Notes: generated by a model not told the origin, from the sequence alone. Counted from the first letter of the stretch, positions 11,057 to 24,369 are shown. The stretch is DNA of 64,000 bases from Mobula hypostoma (GCF_963921235.1 NC_086104.1:123566001-123630000), one strand, 5' to 3'. Numbers and translations: made by a program.

Positions 11057-11784
11057 NNNNNNNNNNNNNNNNNNNNNNNNNNNNNNNNNNNNNNNNNNNN
11101 NNNNNNNNNNNNNNNNNNNNNNNNNNNNNNNNNNNNNNNNNNNNNNNNNNNNNNNNNNNNNNNNNNNNNNNNNNNNNNNNNNNNNNNNNNNNNNNNNNNN
11201 NNNNNNNNNNNNNNNNNNNNNNNNNNNNNNNNNNNNNNNNNNNNNNNNNNNNNNNNNNNNNNNNNNNNNNNNNNNNNNNNNNNNNNNNNNNNNNNNNNNN
11301 NNNNNNNNNNNNNNNNNNNNNNNNNNNNNNNNNNNNNNNNNNNNNNNNNNNNNNNNNNNNNNNNNNNNNNNNNNNNNNNNNNNNNNNNNNNNNNNNNNNN
11401 NNNNNNNNNNNNNNNNNNNNNNNNNNNNNNNNNNNNNNNNNNNNNNNNNNNNNNNNNNNNNNNNNNNNNNNNNNNNNNNNNNNNNNNNNNNNNNNNNNNN
11501 NNNNNNNNNNNNNNNNNNNNNNNNNNNNNNNNNNNNNNNNNNNNNNNNNNNNNNNNNNNNNNNNNNNNNNNNNNNNNNNNNNNNNNNNNNNNNNNNNGGA
11601 GCTGAGAAGCAGTTGCTCTCTCCACCGTGCCAGTCGTCAGCCATAGTTATGGACTTGTTAGTTGACAAACTAGTCAGATGGTTGGAATTTGTTACATGAA
11701 AGTTTGTAGATACCCTTTCAGAGGGTAAAGTGTGTGAGTGGATTCTTTTTACTAAGAGATACAACACCATCCAGTCCCCGACAG

Positions 11785-11998
11785 CCACGATTTAACCTGA
11801 ACCAAATACAAGACAATTTACAATGACCAATTAACCTACCCGGTATGTCTTTGGACTGTGGGAGGAGACGGGAGCACCCAGGGAAATCCCACACCTTCCA
11901 CGGGGAGGATGTACAGAGGACAGCAAAACTGAACTCAGAAGTCTGAAGCCCGAGATGTAACGGCACTGTGCTAATTGCTATTCTACCATGGCACGAGG
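11785..11998 (-). mobile_element. V-SINE (HE1-like)
   Basis: The reverse complement contains the V-domain 'gggtgctcccgtctcctcccacagtccaaagac..ttaattggtcattgtaaattgtc'. Confidence 0.75.
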
Positions 11999-12004
11999 GT
12001 AATT

Positions 12005-12570
12005 TAAACGCTGGTCAGGCCACGTCTAGAGTATTTACATTCAGTTCCGGCCACCCCATTACAGGAAAGATGTGGAGAGTTTGGAGCGGGTGCAAAAGAG
12101 GGTCACCAGGATGCTGCCTCCATAAGTGTGCATGAGCCAAAAGGGATGTTGGACAAAGTTGGGTTGTCTTCTCTGGAGGGCTGGAGGCTGAGGGGAGGCT
12201 GAGGAGGTTTATAAATTGATGAGAGGTATAGATAGGGTAGACAGTTGGATTATTTTGCCTGGGGTTGAAGTATCAAAGACTAGAGGGCATAGATTTATGG
12301 TGTGATGAGGTAAGTTTAAAAGATTTATGAGGCTTTTTTTACACAGAGGGTGGTGGGTGACTGGAACTCCACTGTGGTGGTGGGGGGTGCGATGTTGGTG
12401 GAGGCAAATATGAAGTCACCAGTTGAGAGGCTGCTAGACAGACACATGAACGGGCATGTAAGAGGGATATGGATTAAGTAAATATAGCAGGGATGATTTT
12501 AATTTGGCATCATGGTCAGCACAGGCATGGGATACCAAGAGGCCTGTTCCTATGCTGTGTTGTTCTGTGT
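12005..12570 (+). mobile_element. CR1 LINE 3' fragment
   Basis: 'LVRPRLEY..QFRPPHYRKDVESLERVQKRVTRMLP' and CR1 3' UTR. Confidence 0.8.
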
Positions 12571-13474
12571 TCCAACCACTTTCACTATTGTGTGTGTGTG
12601 TGCCTGTGACCCATGCCCTNNNNNNNNNNNNNNNNNNNNNNNNNNNNNNNNNNNNNNNNNNNNNNNNNNNNNNNNNNNNNNNNNNNNNNNNNNNNNNNNN
12701 NNNNNNNNNNNNNNNNNNNNNNNNNNNNNNNNNNNNNNNNNNNNNNNNNNNNNNNNNNNNNNNNNNNNNNNNNNNNNNNNNNNNNNNNNNNNNNNNNNNN
12801 NNNNNNNNNNNNNNNNNNNNNNNNNNNNNNNNNNNNNNNNNAGAAAAAGTGAGAGAGAGGGGGACAAAGAAAGAGTGAGATCAGAAAACGTGAGAGTGAA
12901 GAATGGGGGATAGAGGGACGAGAGAAAGGAGTGAGGGATGCAAGAGAAGGGAAAAAGAGAGAGATGGGAAAGAGGGAGTGAGAGAGAGAGAGAAGAAAAT
13001 GGGATAGAGATATGTGGTGGAGAGAGTGTGTGTCAGAGAGAGAGGAAGAGAAAGAAAGGGAAGGGGAGTGAGAGGAAGAATGTAGAACGCAGAAGATTAC
13101 AGCACGGGAACAGGCCATTCAGCCCAAAATGTTGTGCCAGACCAGCTAAAAAGCAAATCAAACACACCCAAACACTAATCCCTCCTACCTTCACCACGTC
13201 CACACCCCTCCATCCTCCTCATCTCCATGTGCCTATCCAAACATCTCTTAAAAGTCTCTAGTGCATTTGCCTCTCCCACCAAACCAGGCAGCGCATTTTA
13301 GGCACACAATACTCACTGAGTAAAAAATTTACCCCTCACGTTCCCCCTTGAACCTAACCCTTCTCACCATCAATGCATGCCCTCTGGTATTAGACATTTC
13401 AATCCTGGAAACAGAACAGAGACAAAGACAAAGAGAGGAGAAAGAGAGTGAAAGGAGACAGAGGGAGGGAGGGA

Positions 13475-14293
13475 GGGCGGGAGAGAGAGAGAGAGAGAGA
13501 GAGAGACGAAGAGAGAGTGGGAGAAAGAGGGAGACTGAAGTGAGAAACAGAAGGGGGGTGGGAGAGAAAGAAAGAGGGAGAAGGAGGTAAATAGGGAGAG
13601 GAGGGAGCGAGGGAGAAGGAGGTAAAGAGGGAGAGGAGGGACAGAGGGAGAAGGAGGTAAAGAGGGAGACAGAGAATGAGGGGAGGGAGGGAATGGGGAG
13701 GGAGAGGGGAGAGAGGGAGGGGGGAGAAAGGGGGATTGAGGAGAGGGGGGAGAGCAGAGATGGGGAGATTGAGGGGGAGAGAGGGGGTGGATAGAGAGAG
13801 AGAGACATAGAGCCAGAGAGATAGAGAGAGAGAGGGATAGAGAGGGATAGAGATAGAGAGATAGAGATAGATAGATAGAGAGAGCGAGAGAGAGAGATGG
13901 GGGGAGAGAGAGAGAGACGAAGAGAGAGTGGGAGAAAGAGGGAGACTGAAGTGAGAAACAGAAGGGGGTGGGAGAGAAAGAAAGAGGGAGAAGGAGGTAA
14001 ATAGGGAGAGGAGGGAGCGAGGGAGAAGGAGGTAAAGAGGGAGAGGAGGGACAGAGGGAGAAGGAGGTAAAGAGGGAGACAGAGAATGAGGGGAGGGAGG
14101 GAATGGGGAGGGAGAGGGGAGAGAGGGAGGGGGGAGAAAGGGGGATTGAGGAGAGGGGGGAGAGCAGAGATGGGGAGATTGAGGGGGAGAGAGGGGGTGG
14201 ATAGAGAGAGAGAGAGAGACATAGAGCCAGAGAGATAGAGAGAGAGAGGGATAGAGAGGGATAGAGAGGGATAGAGAAAGAGAAATAGAGATA

Positions 14294-14325
<32 letters not shown>

Positions 14326-14336
14326 TGGGGGGGGGG

Positions 14337-14362
<26 letters not shown>
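13475..14362. repeat. GA-rich tract containing a ~410-bp near-perfect tandem duplication
   Basis: The unit starting 'agagacgaagagagagtgggagaaagagggagactgaagtgagaaacag' occurs at ~13502 and ~13912. Confidence 0.9.
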
Positions 14363-14370
<8 letters not shown>

Positions 14371-14689
14371 ATATTACTAGCACAGATCCAAAGGGGAGAA
14401 TGTATTCCCAGTTCGCTGTCTCTCCACAAAACCGATGGAGGATCAGGCCTACAAGCTTCAGTGCCCAAAGTGGATAAATACTTAAAGCGAATTTCCCCTG
14501 AGCTTTGAGGGGAGTGGGGAGAGTTGATTCTAATTGGGGAATCTCTCTCAGGGGGGCTAACACGGAGGGGTTGGGCCCAATGGCCAGCGTCCTTTCGGGA
14601 GCTCCTGTGATGAGCCCCCTCGCGTTTCCCCAGACCTGCGGACTGTTGCCCGGCGTTTCAGATCTGCCAAGTCACTTTCCAGCAGGGTC

Positions 14690-15320
14690 CCGTCACTGCT
14701 GTGTTCTGTCCGACGAGCGCACACATGTGTGTTTTACTGTTAAATATTTCGGGAAAAAATTCTCCAGGAGCAGTAAGAAAGCTCAGAGGAACTTCGGAGA
14801 GAGGGAGGAACTGAGAAGCGGGTGAATGCTAAAATTAATTCTTCGCCGTTTGTCTCCTGGGCTGCATCCAATCAGAATAAAGGATTTTTTATCTGTTTCA
14901 TCTGTGGGGACGCCTCTGGTAAAATCTGATACTCAAAAGAGAGAGGGGGAGAGATTTACTTTAATCATTTTGTACAGTGACTTGCACAGAATTTTGGCTG
15001 TTGGACTGACTGTAATATCACTAGTGTGTTCAATCCCCGAAGTATTTATTTAAAATAACAAGCTGCAACGCTATTAAAGGCAAATGCCTCTGGGCTTCCT
15101 GCGTCAAGCCCTTGTAGATGTGCTTAGTTGTCTACAGAAGTCACACAGTTTTATTCTAATATTAATTACCTCCTGTGAAATGAATTGCTAGAGAAATTGA
15201 ATATTGATTTCTGTGGCATGAAGGGTTAACCCAAAATTAGTTCCCTCTAGCTCCTTAATCCAGTCCCTATGTAAATCAAGCACTTCCACTCTGAGCGATG
15301 TGATTTGGACGAAGGAAGTT
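14690..15320. promoter_or_regulatory. Large unique island, candidate conserved enhancer
   Basis: ~600 bp TE-free complex sequence with AATTAATT, CCAATC, ATATTAATTA and AAGGGTTAA (15221). No ORF. Confidence 0.5.
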
Positions 15321-15534
15321 TCACGGGCTGGGGGTGGGGGGAATTTCAGGGGATTCTAGGTCTCTGTCCTACTCTGAGGTGTCTACAAACTCCGGCCCTC
15401 TGTAGCCCACCCCATCCTGGTAACCCTCTCCGGCTCCTACACCGCTCCCCTTATCTGTGACCCCCTTCAGTCCCTACACACCTCCTCATTTCTGTGACTC
15501 CCCTCCGGCCCTGACACCACTCCCTGTCTCCACA

Positions 15535-16305
15535 GGTGTAATGAAAATCTTACTTGCAGCAGGATCACAGGCGCACAGAATCAGATAAGCAGCATTCACC
15601 AGAAAAGCATAATTTATACAGAATTTTTACAAGAAAAATATAATTTGAACAGAAATGTGTTAGATCAAAGTGGTGTAGTCACTGAGGTAGTGGTTAGGGT
15701 CGTGCTGGTTGGTTCAGGAACCGAATGGTTGAAGGGAAATAGCCGTTCCTGAGCCTGATGATGTGGGACTTCAGGCTTCTGTACCTCCTGCCCGATGGGA
15801 GCTGTGAGAAGATGGCATGGCCCAGATGGTGGGGAATCTCTGATAATGGATGTTGCCTTCTTAGACAGTGCCTCTTACAGTTACCACCAATGATAGACCA
15901 TAAGACCATAAGACATAAGAGCAGAATTAGACTGCTCTGCCATTCAATAATGCTGATCCTTTTTCTTTCTCCTCCTCAACCCCACTTGCCGGGCTTCTTC
16001 CCATAACCTTTGATACCATGTCCAATCAAGAACCTATCAATCTCTGCCTTAAGTGCACCCAATGACCTGGCCTCCACAGCTGCATGTGGCAACAAATTCC
16101 ACAAATTCACCACCCTTTGGCTGAAGAAATTTCTCCACATCTCTGTTTTGAAAGGGCGCCCCTCTATCATGAGGCTGTGCCCTCTTGTCCTAGACTCTCC
16201 CACCATGGGATTCATCCTTTCCACATCTAATGATGGGGAGCGATGTGCCCTTGATGTCCACAACTCTCTGCAGCTTCTTACGTTCCTACGTATTCTAGTT
16301 TGAAT
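15535..16305 (-). mobile_element. Rex1/Babar 3' fragment interrupted by CR1
   Basis: Minus ORF 'HHLGHAIFSQLPSGRRYRSLKSHIIRLRNGYFPSTIRFLN'. Continues after 16234. Confidence 0.8.
15895..16228 (-). mobile_element. 5'-truncated CR1 nested in Rex1
   Basis: 'GESRTRGHSL..FKTEMWRNFFSQRVVNLWNLLP', octamer tail (TATGGTCT)n and TSD AATGAT (15889-15894 / 16229-16234). Confidence 0.85.
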
Positions 16306-16684
16306 TAGAAGAAGCTGTAGACCACTTGGCCCCTCCTGTCTGTTTCCCTGCCCCCTCCATTATATATCCTTAGGGCTAGTCTGACTGTCACCCCAGCTCC
16401 ACATCGCCTATGACTCCCGGTGACCTCTGAGTGAACATCACCACTACCCTGTCCCGGCCTAACCATGTAAACTTCTGAGCTAAGAAAGCTCACCAGTCCT
16501 TCTACTTCCTCAGGAGCTAAGGAAATTCATCGTGTTCCCTTTGACTCACACCAGTTTTTGGAAAACATCCAATCCGGATGCATCGCAGCTTAGTACAACT
16601 GCTCTGCCCATAATCGCAAGAAACTACAGAGAGCTGAGGGCAAAGCACAGCGCATCATGGAAACCAGCCTCCCCTTTGTGGATC

Positions 16685-16800
16685 ACAAGAGAAAATCGGC
16701 AGATGCTGGAAATGCAAGCAACACACACAAAATGCTGGAGGAACTCAGCAGGCCAGGCAGCACCTATGGGAAAAGAGTAAACAGTTGAAAATTCAGGCAG
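16685..16800 (-). mobile_element. Penelope pseudo-LTR fragment
   Basis: 'acaagagaaaatcggcagatgctgga..aatgctggaggaactcagcaggccaggcagc'. Confidence 0.8.
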
Positions 16801-16809
16801 ATTTGACTG

Positions 16810-17195
16810 CAGACTGAAGATTTGATTGAGGTATATACAATTATGAGAGGCATGGATAGGGTGAATGAAAGCAGGCTTTTCCCACTGACATTGAGTGAGA
16901 CTACAACTAGAGGTCATGGGTTAAGGGTGAAAGTTGAAATGTTTAAGGGAAACACAGGGGGAGCTTCTTCACTTAGAGGGTGAAGGGAGTGTGAATTGAG
17001 CTTCCAGCGCAAGTGGTTGATGAGGATTCAATTTCAACATTTAAGATAAATGTGGATGGGTACATGGATGGGAGGGGTACGGAAGGCTGTGGTCTGGATG
17101 CTGGTTGATGAGACCAGGCAGATTAATGATTCGGCCTTGACTAAGTTAGCTGAAGGATTTGTGTCTGTGCTGTAGTTTTCTAGGACTTTATGACC
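16810..17195 (+). mobile_element. CR1 3' fragment
   Basis: 'DLIEVYTIMRAWIG..TRGHGLRVK' and CR1 tail. Confidence 0.75.
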
Positions 17196-17869
17196 TTCTC
17201 TCTTCTCAACTCTCCCAGAAGATACAAAAGCCTGAAAGCACCCACCACCAGGCTCAATTACAGCTTCTATCTGACTCTTATAAGAGTATTTAATTGAGCT
17301 TTTTTACAATAAGTTGGAGTCTCGATCCCACAATCTAAATTGCCCTGGACTTTCACCTTATTGCCTGCCTGCACTGAACTTTCTCTGTAACTGTGACACT
17401 CTATTGTGCTTTCTGGTGTTACTTTCCCTTGTACTACCTTGATGTACTGTTGTAATTAAATGATCTGTTTAAATGGTATGCAAGACAAGTTTTTCACCTC
17501 AGTATGTGTGACAATAATATACCAATTTAGCAATTTAGATACTACATATAGAGGAAAGAGATGTGCCTGGGATGTTTTGGGCTGAGTTTACTACTCTCTG
17601 AGCTTCTTCTGTTCCAGTGTATTCAAATTTGAATCTAATCACTCTGACCCTCTTTGTCCTTCCACCACCCCTTTGCGGAGAGAGTTCCAAAGATTCATCT
17701 CCCTCAGGGAGAAAGAACTCCCTCATTAACGGGTGCCACTTATTTTTAAACAGTGACCCCCCCACCCCCACCAACCACCAGTTTTAGATTCTCCCACAGA
17801 AAGAAGCACCGGGCCCACATTCAGTTGAGACACCACAGGATCCAACTGGCAGACTCCAGATGATTGCAA

Positions 17870-18445
17870 AAGGAATTTCAAGGATTCAAGATCAATTAAT
17901 ATCATTTCCAGTACACAAGTGTAAAGGAGAATGAAATAATTGTTACTCCAATCCAATGCCGCACAAAAAAACATTATGAGATAAAGAACACAATAATAAA
18001 AATATAAATACAAATAAATATAAATACATGGATTAGTTTACATACATACATTGATTGTATGTCCATAAAGTGATGTTAGGCACAGAACTGTCTGTACATA
18101 AGCTGACTGACAGGAAATGATAAAGTAGTGGTGGTTGGGGGTGTGCTGGGGTGAGTTAGTGGGTGGAGGCGTTGATCTGCCTTACTGCTTGGGGAAAGTA
18201 ACTGGTTTTGAGTCTGGTGTCCCTGGTGTGTGTGCTACTTAGCCTCCTCCCTGATGGTCCATGAACAGTGGGTGGAATCTTCCATGATGTTACTGACACT
18301 TTCCTGGCACCTTTCCGTGTATATGTCCCCGATGGTGGTTAGGCTGGTGCCGGTGATGGATTGGGCAGTTTCGACTATCCATTGTAGAGACTTTTCAGTC
18401 TGCCACAGAGCTGTTTCCGTACCCTGCAGTGATGCAGCATGTCAC
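17870..18445 (-). mobile_element. Rex1-type 3' end
   Basis: CTTGAA-type tail. The 3' UTR is shared with the copy at 22130-22420. Confidence 0.6.
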
Positions 18446-19074
18446 AGGTTTGCAGTTGAGGTTGAGCATTGTTACAAATTATTCTGATTTGGGTTAATGT
18501 TTGTCATTTTTAAACATCTTTATTTAATGTTATGTTTATTATTCATTGTAAGGCATCTGACGGAGAGACTTAAGCTACTTGCAGATTTGACAGCTGGGCA
18601 AAGCCTCAGAGTGTAAAACTTCAGGAGAGGGGATCACTAGATACCTTACTTCACAAAGAAAAAGGTGAGATGCCTTCAGATCAATAGACGATGTTAGAAT
18701 TTTATAAAACATTTCAGAATTAGAAGGGCATATCAACAGATATTTAATTAGAAGGAGCTAGAAGATAGATTTATTGATTGATATCTGTGACAAGATGGAG
18801 ATGATCAGGTGGATTGATCGATACAGAGGTAGAAATACATAGATAAATTGATAGAGATCATTAGCAGGTGAAATTGATTGAATTAGAGAGAAATAGATAG
18901 GGTCTGATAAAAAGATAAATAGAGAGTTAGTCAAAACAATTAATTACTGCTTATCTGACCACTCATTGAGTTACAGATTCATGCAACACAGGAACAGGCC
19001 ATTCAGCCTATCATATCCTTGCCAGCACATAGTCCATACCCTTCACTACCTTGACCATTCAAGTGCTTGTTCAC

Positions 19075-19452
19075 AAGACCAAAAGATACAGGAGCAGAAA
19101 AAGGCCATTCAGATAATTAAGTCTGATCTACTTAACCTCATTCTCCTGCCTTCTCCCCATAACCCCTAACTCCCTTATCAATCAAGAACCTGTCAGTCTC
19201 TGCCTCAAATACACCCAATGAGTTGGTCTCCACCTCGGCAACAAATCTTAAACATACACCACCCTCTGGCTGAATAAATTCCTCCTCATCTCTGTTTTAA
19301 ACATTTGTCCCTTCATGGGGAGGCTGTACCCTTGGATCCTTTGGATCCTAGACTCTCCTACAGATGGAAACTGCCTCTCCCCGTCTGCTCTATCCAGGCT
19401 TTTCAGTATCTGGGAGGTTTCAATGAGATCCCCCTTCTTCATCCTTCTGAAA
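19075..19452 (-). mobile_element. CR1 3' fragment
   Basis: 'KGDLIETSQILKSLDRAD..VGESR..FKTEMRRNLFSQRVV'. Confidence 0.8.
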
Positions 19453-19744
19453 AGAAACTTTCTTCAGTGTTGTGAGAGTCTCTGCCTCCATCGCTCACCT
19501 CAGGCAGTGCATTCCATATTCCATATTCTAATCAGGTGATTGAAATAGAGAGAAATAGATAGGGTCTGATTTATGTCTAAGCCCCTCATAGGTAGGTTTG
19601 TTACTAATACATTGGCCACTATCTTAGAACCACATTTAGACACACTTCAGCGCTTTCTGCAAATCTTTCAAAAGCCAGTTTAAACATTTTTGTTTTTAGT
19701 GATAAAGTGCACAAGAGGCCCTTCTGGCCCTTTGACCCCGGCAC

Positions 19745-19975
19745 CCAGCAACCCACGATTTAATTCTAGTCTAATCATGGGACAATTCACAATGACCAAT
19801 TAACCTATTAACTGGTATGTCTTTGGACTGTGGGAGGAAACCAGAGCACCCGGAGGAAACACATGCGCTCACGGGAAGGGATATACAATCTTGCTTACAG
19901 AAGATGCTGCAATCGAACACTGAGCTCTGATGCCCAGGTTGTACTAGTGCCACACTTGCCGCTACGCTAGCGTGG
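19745..19975 (-). mobile_element. V-SINE (HE1-like)
   Basis: The reverse complement contains 'gtttcctccgggtgctctggtttcctcccacagtccaaagac..ttaattggtcattgtgaattgtcc'. Confidence 0.8.
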
Positions 19976-20269
19976 TGCAGAATTATAACAAGAAAGAATA
20001 CAATTGGGACAAAAAGAAGCAAAGAAGGCGATCAAGAGGGTCAAACAAGAGAAAATCTGCCGTTGCTGGAGATCCGAGCAAGACACACAAAATACTGGAG
20101 ATACGGGTTAGGATTGAGCCGGTTGGTTCAAGAACCAAGTGGTTTAAGGAAATTAGCTGTTCTTGAAGCTGGTGGTGTGAGAGCTCAAGTTAAATCTTTT
20201 ATTGCTGTTTAGTTCACTGCACACAAAAATCAAGTGTATGTGAAATGTTTCAACAGTGGTATTTAATTC

Positions 20270-21120
20270 CCACAGCCCTACTCTCTGTACACACACATTA
20301 CTATGTGGTTAGGCATAGCTCAAAGTTTATTTACAAATTTGCCAGTGACACCACTGAGGCTGACAGAACGTCAGGTGGCGATGAAGAGGTGCACAGGCGT
20401 GAGGTCAATTGGCTGGTTGAGTGGTGTCACACTAATAACCTTGCACTCAATGTCAAGATGACCAAGGGGCTGATTGTGGGCACATGAAGAGGAAGTTGGG
20501 AGAACACACACCAGCTTTCATCAAGGGGTCAGCAGTGGGTAGTTTCAAGTTTCTGGGTGTCATCATCTCTGAGGATTCTGGGCCAAGCAGAGTGATACAA
20601 TCATGAAGGCACACCAGCTGGCTATGCTTCATGCAGAGTCTGAGGAGATTTGATACGTCACCAAAGGATTGAGCGAATTTCTACAGACGCACGGTGGAGA
20701 GCATTCTAACTGGTTGCATTGCCCGCTGGTATGGAGGCTCCGATGTACAGGACTGAAAGGTGCTACTGCGAGATGTAGCCTCAACCAGCCCCCTCATGGG
20801 CACAAACCTCCCCACTTTTGAGAACAGCCTCAGGTGGTAGTGCCTTAAGAAGGCAGCAGCCATCAATAAGGACCTTCACCATCCGGGACTTGTTACTACC
20901 ATTGGGGAGCAGCTACAGGAGCCTGAACTCAACGATTCAGGAACAGATTCTTCTCCTCCACAATGAGATCTCTGAATGGTCCATGAACCCATCAACCCCA
21001 CCTTATTATTCCTCATTTTGCAACATTCAATTCATTTTTGTAATTGAGAGTAATTTTGTCTTTGCAAACTGCAAATTTTATGTTATGTAAGTCAGTGACA
21101 ATAAACCTGATTCTGATTTA
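20270..21120 (+). mobile_element. Rex1/Babar LINE, decayed RT to 3' end
   Basis: 'IYKFASDTT..WLVEWCHTNNLALNVKMTK..FYRRTVESILTGCIARWYG' and tail AATAAACCTGATTCTGA. Confidence 0.85.
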
Positions 21121-21344
21121 GTTTCAAAACCAATGGAGCTGTCAAATCCATCTCCTCCTCACTCCCTCAACTCCAAGGTAAGCATCCTCTCCCCACAACT
21201 GCCCACACATTCCCCAATCCAATGCTGATTCTGAGATACCACATATGGGGAAACGTTCCTGCAAATCTCATCATATCCTCTTGGAAGTGTGGAAAACTAG
21301 AGGGAGCGACCCCAGTTAAAATTACAGAAAGCCTCATTAGAACG

Positions 21345-22085
21345 TAGACCATAAAACAGAATGGGAACAGGCTCTTCAGACCACAACATTGTGCCAAACT
21401 GATTTAATTAGTAACTGGGCTCTTAATTACATTAATCCCTTCTGCCCACACAATGTCTGTATTCCTCTATTTTCTGCACATCCATGTGCCTATCTAAGAG
21501 CCTTTTAAATGCCTCTATTGTATCTATCTCTGCCTCTACTCCCGGCAGCACATTCCAGGAACCCATCACTCTCTGTGTAAAAAAAATTGCCCTACTCAAC
21601 TTACTTGAACTTTCTATCTCAAAAGATGTCTACTCTATCTATGCCTTTCATAATCTTATAAACCTCTACTGAGTCTCCACCAGCCTCCGTTGCTCCATAG
21701 AAAACAGCTCAAATTTGTCCAGCCTCTCATAGCTCATACCCTGTAATGCAGGCAGCATTCCGGTGAATCCCATCTGCACCCTCTCCACAGCTTCCACATC
21801 CGTCCTGTGACCAGAACTGTACCCAATGCTCCAAATATGGACCAAGCAAAGTGTTACATGGCTGCAATGGAACTTCTTAATTCATGTACCCAATGTCCTG
21901 AACAATGAGGGCAAGGATGCTGTATGCCTTCTTTCATCCTGTCTTCCAGTGTTTCCACTTTCAGAGAGCTTTTGGCTTGGATCACATGATTCCTCCGTAC
22001 ATCAGTCCTGTGATTAACTATATACGTTTCCCTCACATTTGACTTCCCAAAGTGCAGCACCTCACACTTGTTTGAATTAATCTCC
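21345..22085 (-). mobile_element. CR1 3' fragment
   Basis: Minus ORF 'NSNKCEVLHFGKSN' and a CR1 tail at the left end. Confidence 0.8.
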
Positions 22086-22129
22086 CACATCCCACGTACG
22101 GGGGACAGGTGGGTGGGTCGGCCGCTGTA

Positions 22130-23500
22130 AGTTCAAGGTTCAAGATTGTTTAACGTCATTTCCAATACACAATTGTAAAGAAGAACAAAGTAATTATTTT
22201 TTTCAGATTCAATGCAGCACCAGAAAGCACATTAAGACAAAGAACACAATAATAAAAAAGCACAACAAATATAAATACACCAGATAGCTTATATACATCG
22301 ATTCATTGTATGTCCACGAAGTGACGCTAGTCACAGGAGTGTCTGTACATAAGGTGAACTGACAGGAGATGATAAAGTAATGTGGTGGTTGGGTGTGTGC
22401 AGGGTGGGTTACCGGGTGAGGGTGCCCCCTTGGCGTGTGAGTGGGGATAGGATCTGGGAAGGAGTTAATGGGAACGTGTTGGTGAACAAATTGGGAGCAG
22501 TTTCACTAGGTCAACATGTATTTGGTGGTCAAGGGCCCTGCTCCTGTGCCGTGTAAGTCAAAGTCAAAGTCTAGTTCAGTCCATGTTTGCACAGGTGCCA
22601 TTAAAAAGTTATTTGCAGCAGCATCACGGGCGTCATAAAGAAAAGCAAAAGTTAAATATAAATTATATGCAATTCTTACAAGAAAGAACATAATTAGAAC
22701 AAAAAATAAGTCTGTTGTATTGCAAAGTGGTCCTAGAGTTGCTATTCTGAGGCAATGGTTAAGGTTGGATCAAGAACCGAAGATTTGAAGGGAAAGTAGC
22801 GGTTCCTGAACTGGTTGGTGTGGAGAGAGGGGAGGGTGTCAGGCATCTGTACCTCCTACTTGACGGGCGCAGCAAGAAGATTGTACGTCCCAGATGATGG
22901 GGTTCTTTGATGACAAATGTTGCCTTATTGAGACAGCATCTTGATAGATGCTGCCAATGTACCTGTGATGTCTTTGGCTCAAGCCACTATCTCTGCAGTT
23001 TCTCACGTTCTTGTGCATTTCAAAGTCAAAATAAATTTCATTATCAAAATAGATACATGCCACCACATACAACCCCGAGATTCATCTTCCTGTGGGCATA
23101 TTTGACAAATCTATAGAATAGTAACTATAATAGGATCAAGTAGACTGCAGAAGACAACAAACTGTGCAAGTGCAAATAAAATAAATAGTAATAAATAATG
23201 AAAACATAAAATAACAAGATAAAGAGTCCTTAAAGTGAGATTATCAGTTGTGGGAACAACTCAATGGATGGGCAAATGAGTGTAGATATCATTTGAATTG
23301 GTTATCATTAACATTCAAATTGCTGTAGCAGACTGTAATGCAACTAGTCAAGATATTTCAACATGACATCTGTAAAAGTTTGGTGATAAGCCAAATCTTC
23401 TTAACCTCCTGACAAAGTAAGACACTGTTGTGACTTACTTGTGATTGTATCTGTGTACTGGGTCCAGAACGAGTAGCCCATATGTTAATGCCCAGGAGTC
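22130..23500 (-). mobile_element. Cluster of nested Rex1-type 3' fragments
   Basis: Several tails (CTTGAA, TTTGAC) and Rex1 C-terminal remnants. Confidence 0.6.
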
Positions 23501-23689
23501 TGTCATGAAAAATGTGACTGCCCACATTGTGTTGCAAATGTCTACCCTTTAATCTGTGGCTGCATCACAGTTCTAGTTGCCTTAGTCTCAGAAAATAACC
23601 TCATTGGCTTTAGCAATTTGGCAAATTTCAATGATATCTCCTCTGAACTCAGAGCTGTTCAGAATCCATGTGCTTAATAGATTCATGTA

Positions 23690-24330
23690 TTCATAGTTAT
23701 GTAGAATGGAAAATGGCCTTTCAGCCCAACTCCTCCATGCTGACCAAGTCAATGTTTTATGATAGCCCCATTTGCCTGTATTTGACCCATATCTCTCTAA
23801 ACCTTTCTCACCCACGTCAAGGTCCACTTGTCTTATAAATGTTGTAATTGTACCATCTCTACCACTTCTTCCGACAGCTTTCGCTATGTAGGCTCCACCC
23901 TCTGTGTGAAAAATTTGTCTCTTTAAATCTTTTCCCCCTTCACCTTTTTTTTACCTGTGTTTTCCATTCATAGATCCCCCCTGCCCTGGGGGAAATATTT
24001 GACTATCTACCTTGTCAACACCCCTCATGGTTTTATAAACCTCTATAAGGTTACTCCCCAGACTCCTTCGCTCCAGGGGAAAACCCCAGTCTATCCCACC
24101 TCTCATCACAACTCAAATCCTCCAGTCCCGATAACATACTCATGATTATTTCCAGCTCCCACTCTATTTTTGAATGTCCATAATGACATACTTCCTATAG
24201 CTTGTGACCAGAACTGCCCACAGTTCTCCAAGTGCAATGTCACCAATGTCTTGCACAGCTATAAAGTGATGTCCCAACTCTTATACACAATACCTCCTCT
24301 CATAAAGTAAAACATGGTATATTCCCTTCT
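23690..24330 (-). mobile_element. CR1 3' fragment
   Basis: Reverse complement of 'DLIEVYK' and 'LENCGQFWS' segments, with a CR1 tail. Confidence 0.7.
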
Positions 24331-24369
24331 CTCCTGATACGAAAGCATAAATTATCAGACTTCACATAA

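Noticed and set aside
10658-11788. ORFs spanning N-runs, also at the other gaps
   Set aside because: Artefacts of assembly gaps.
13329-14563. Long ORFs of 379 and 397 aa, and similar Leu/Ser/Pro-rich ORFs at 50281-51339, 52497-53513 and 53676-54455
   Set aside because: These are translations of CT/GA low-complexity DNA, which lacks stop codons by composition. No domain features.
15680-15700. TGAGGTAGTGGTT resembling let-7
   Set aside because: It lies in a Rex1 3'UTR, the match ends after ~9 nt and there is no precursor hairpin.
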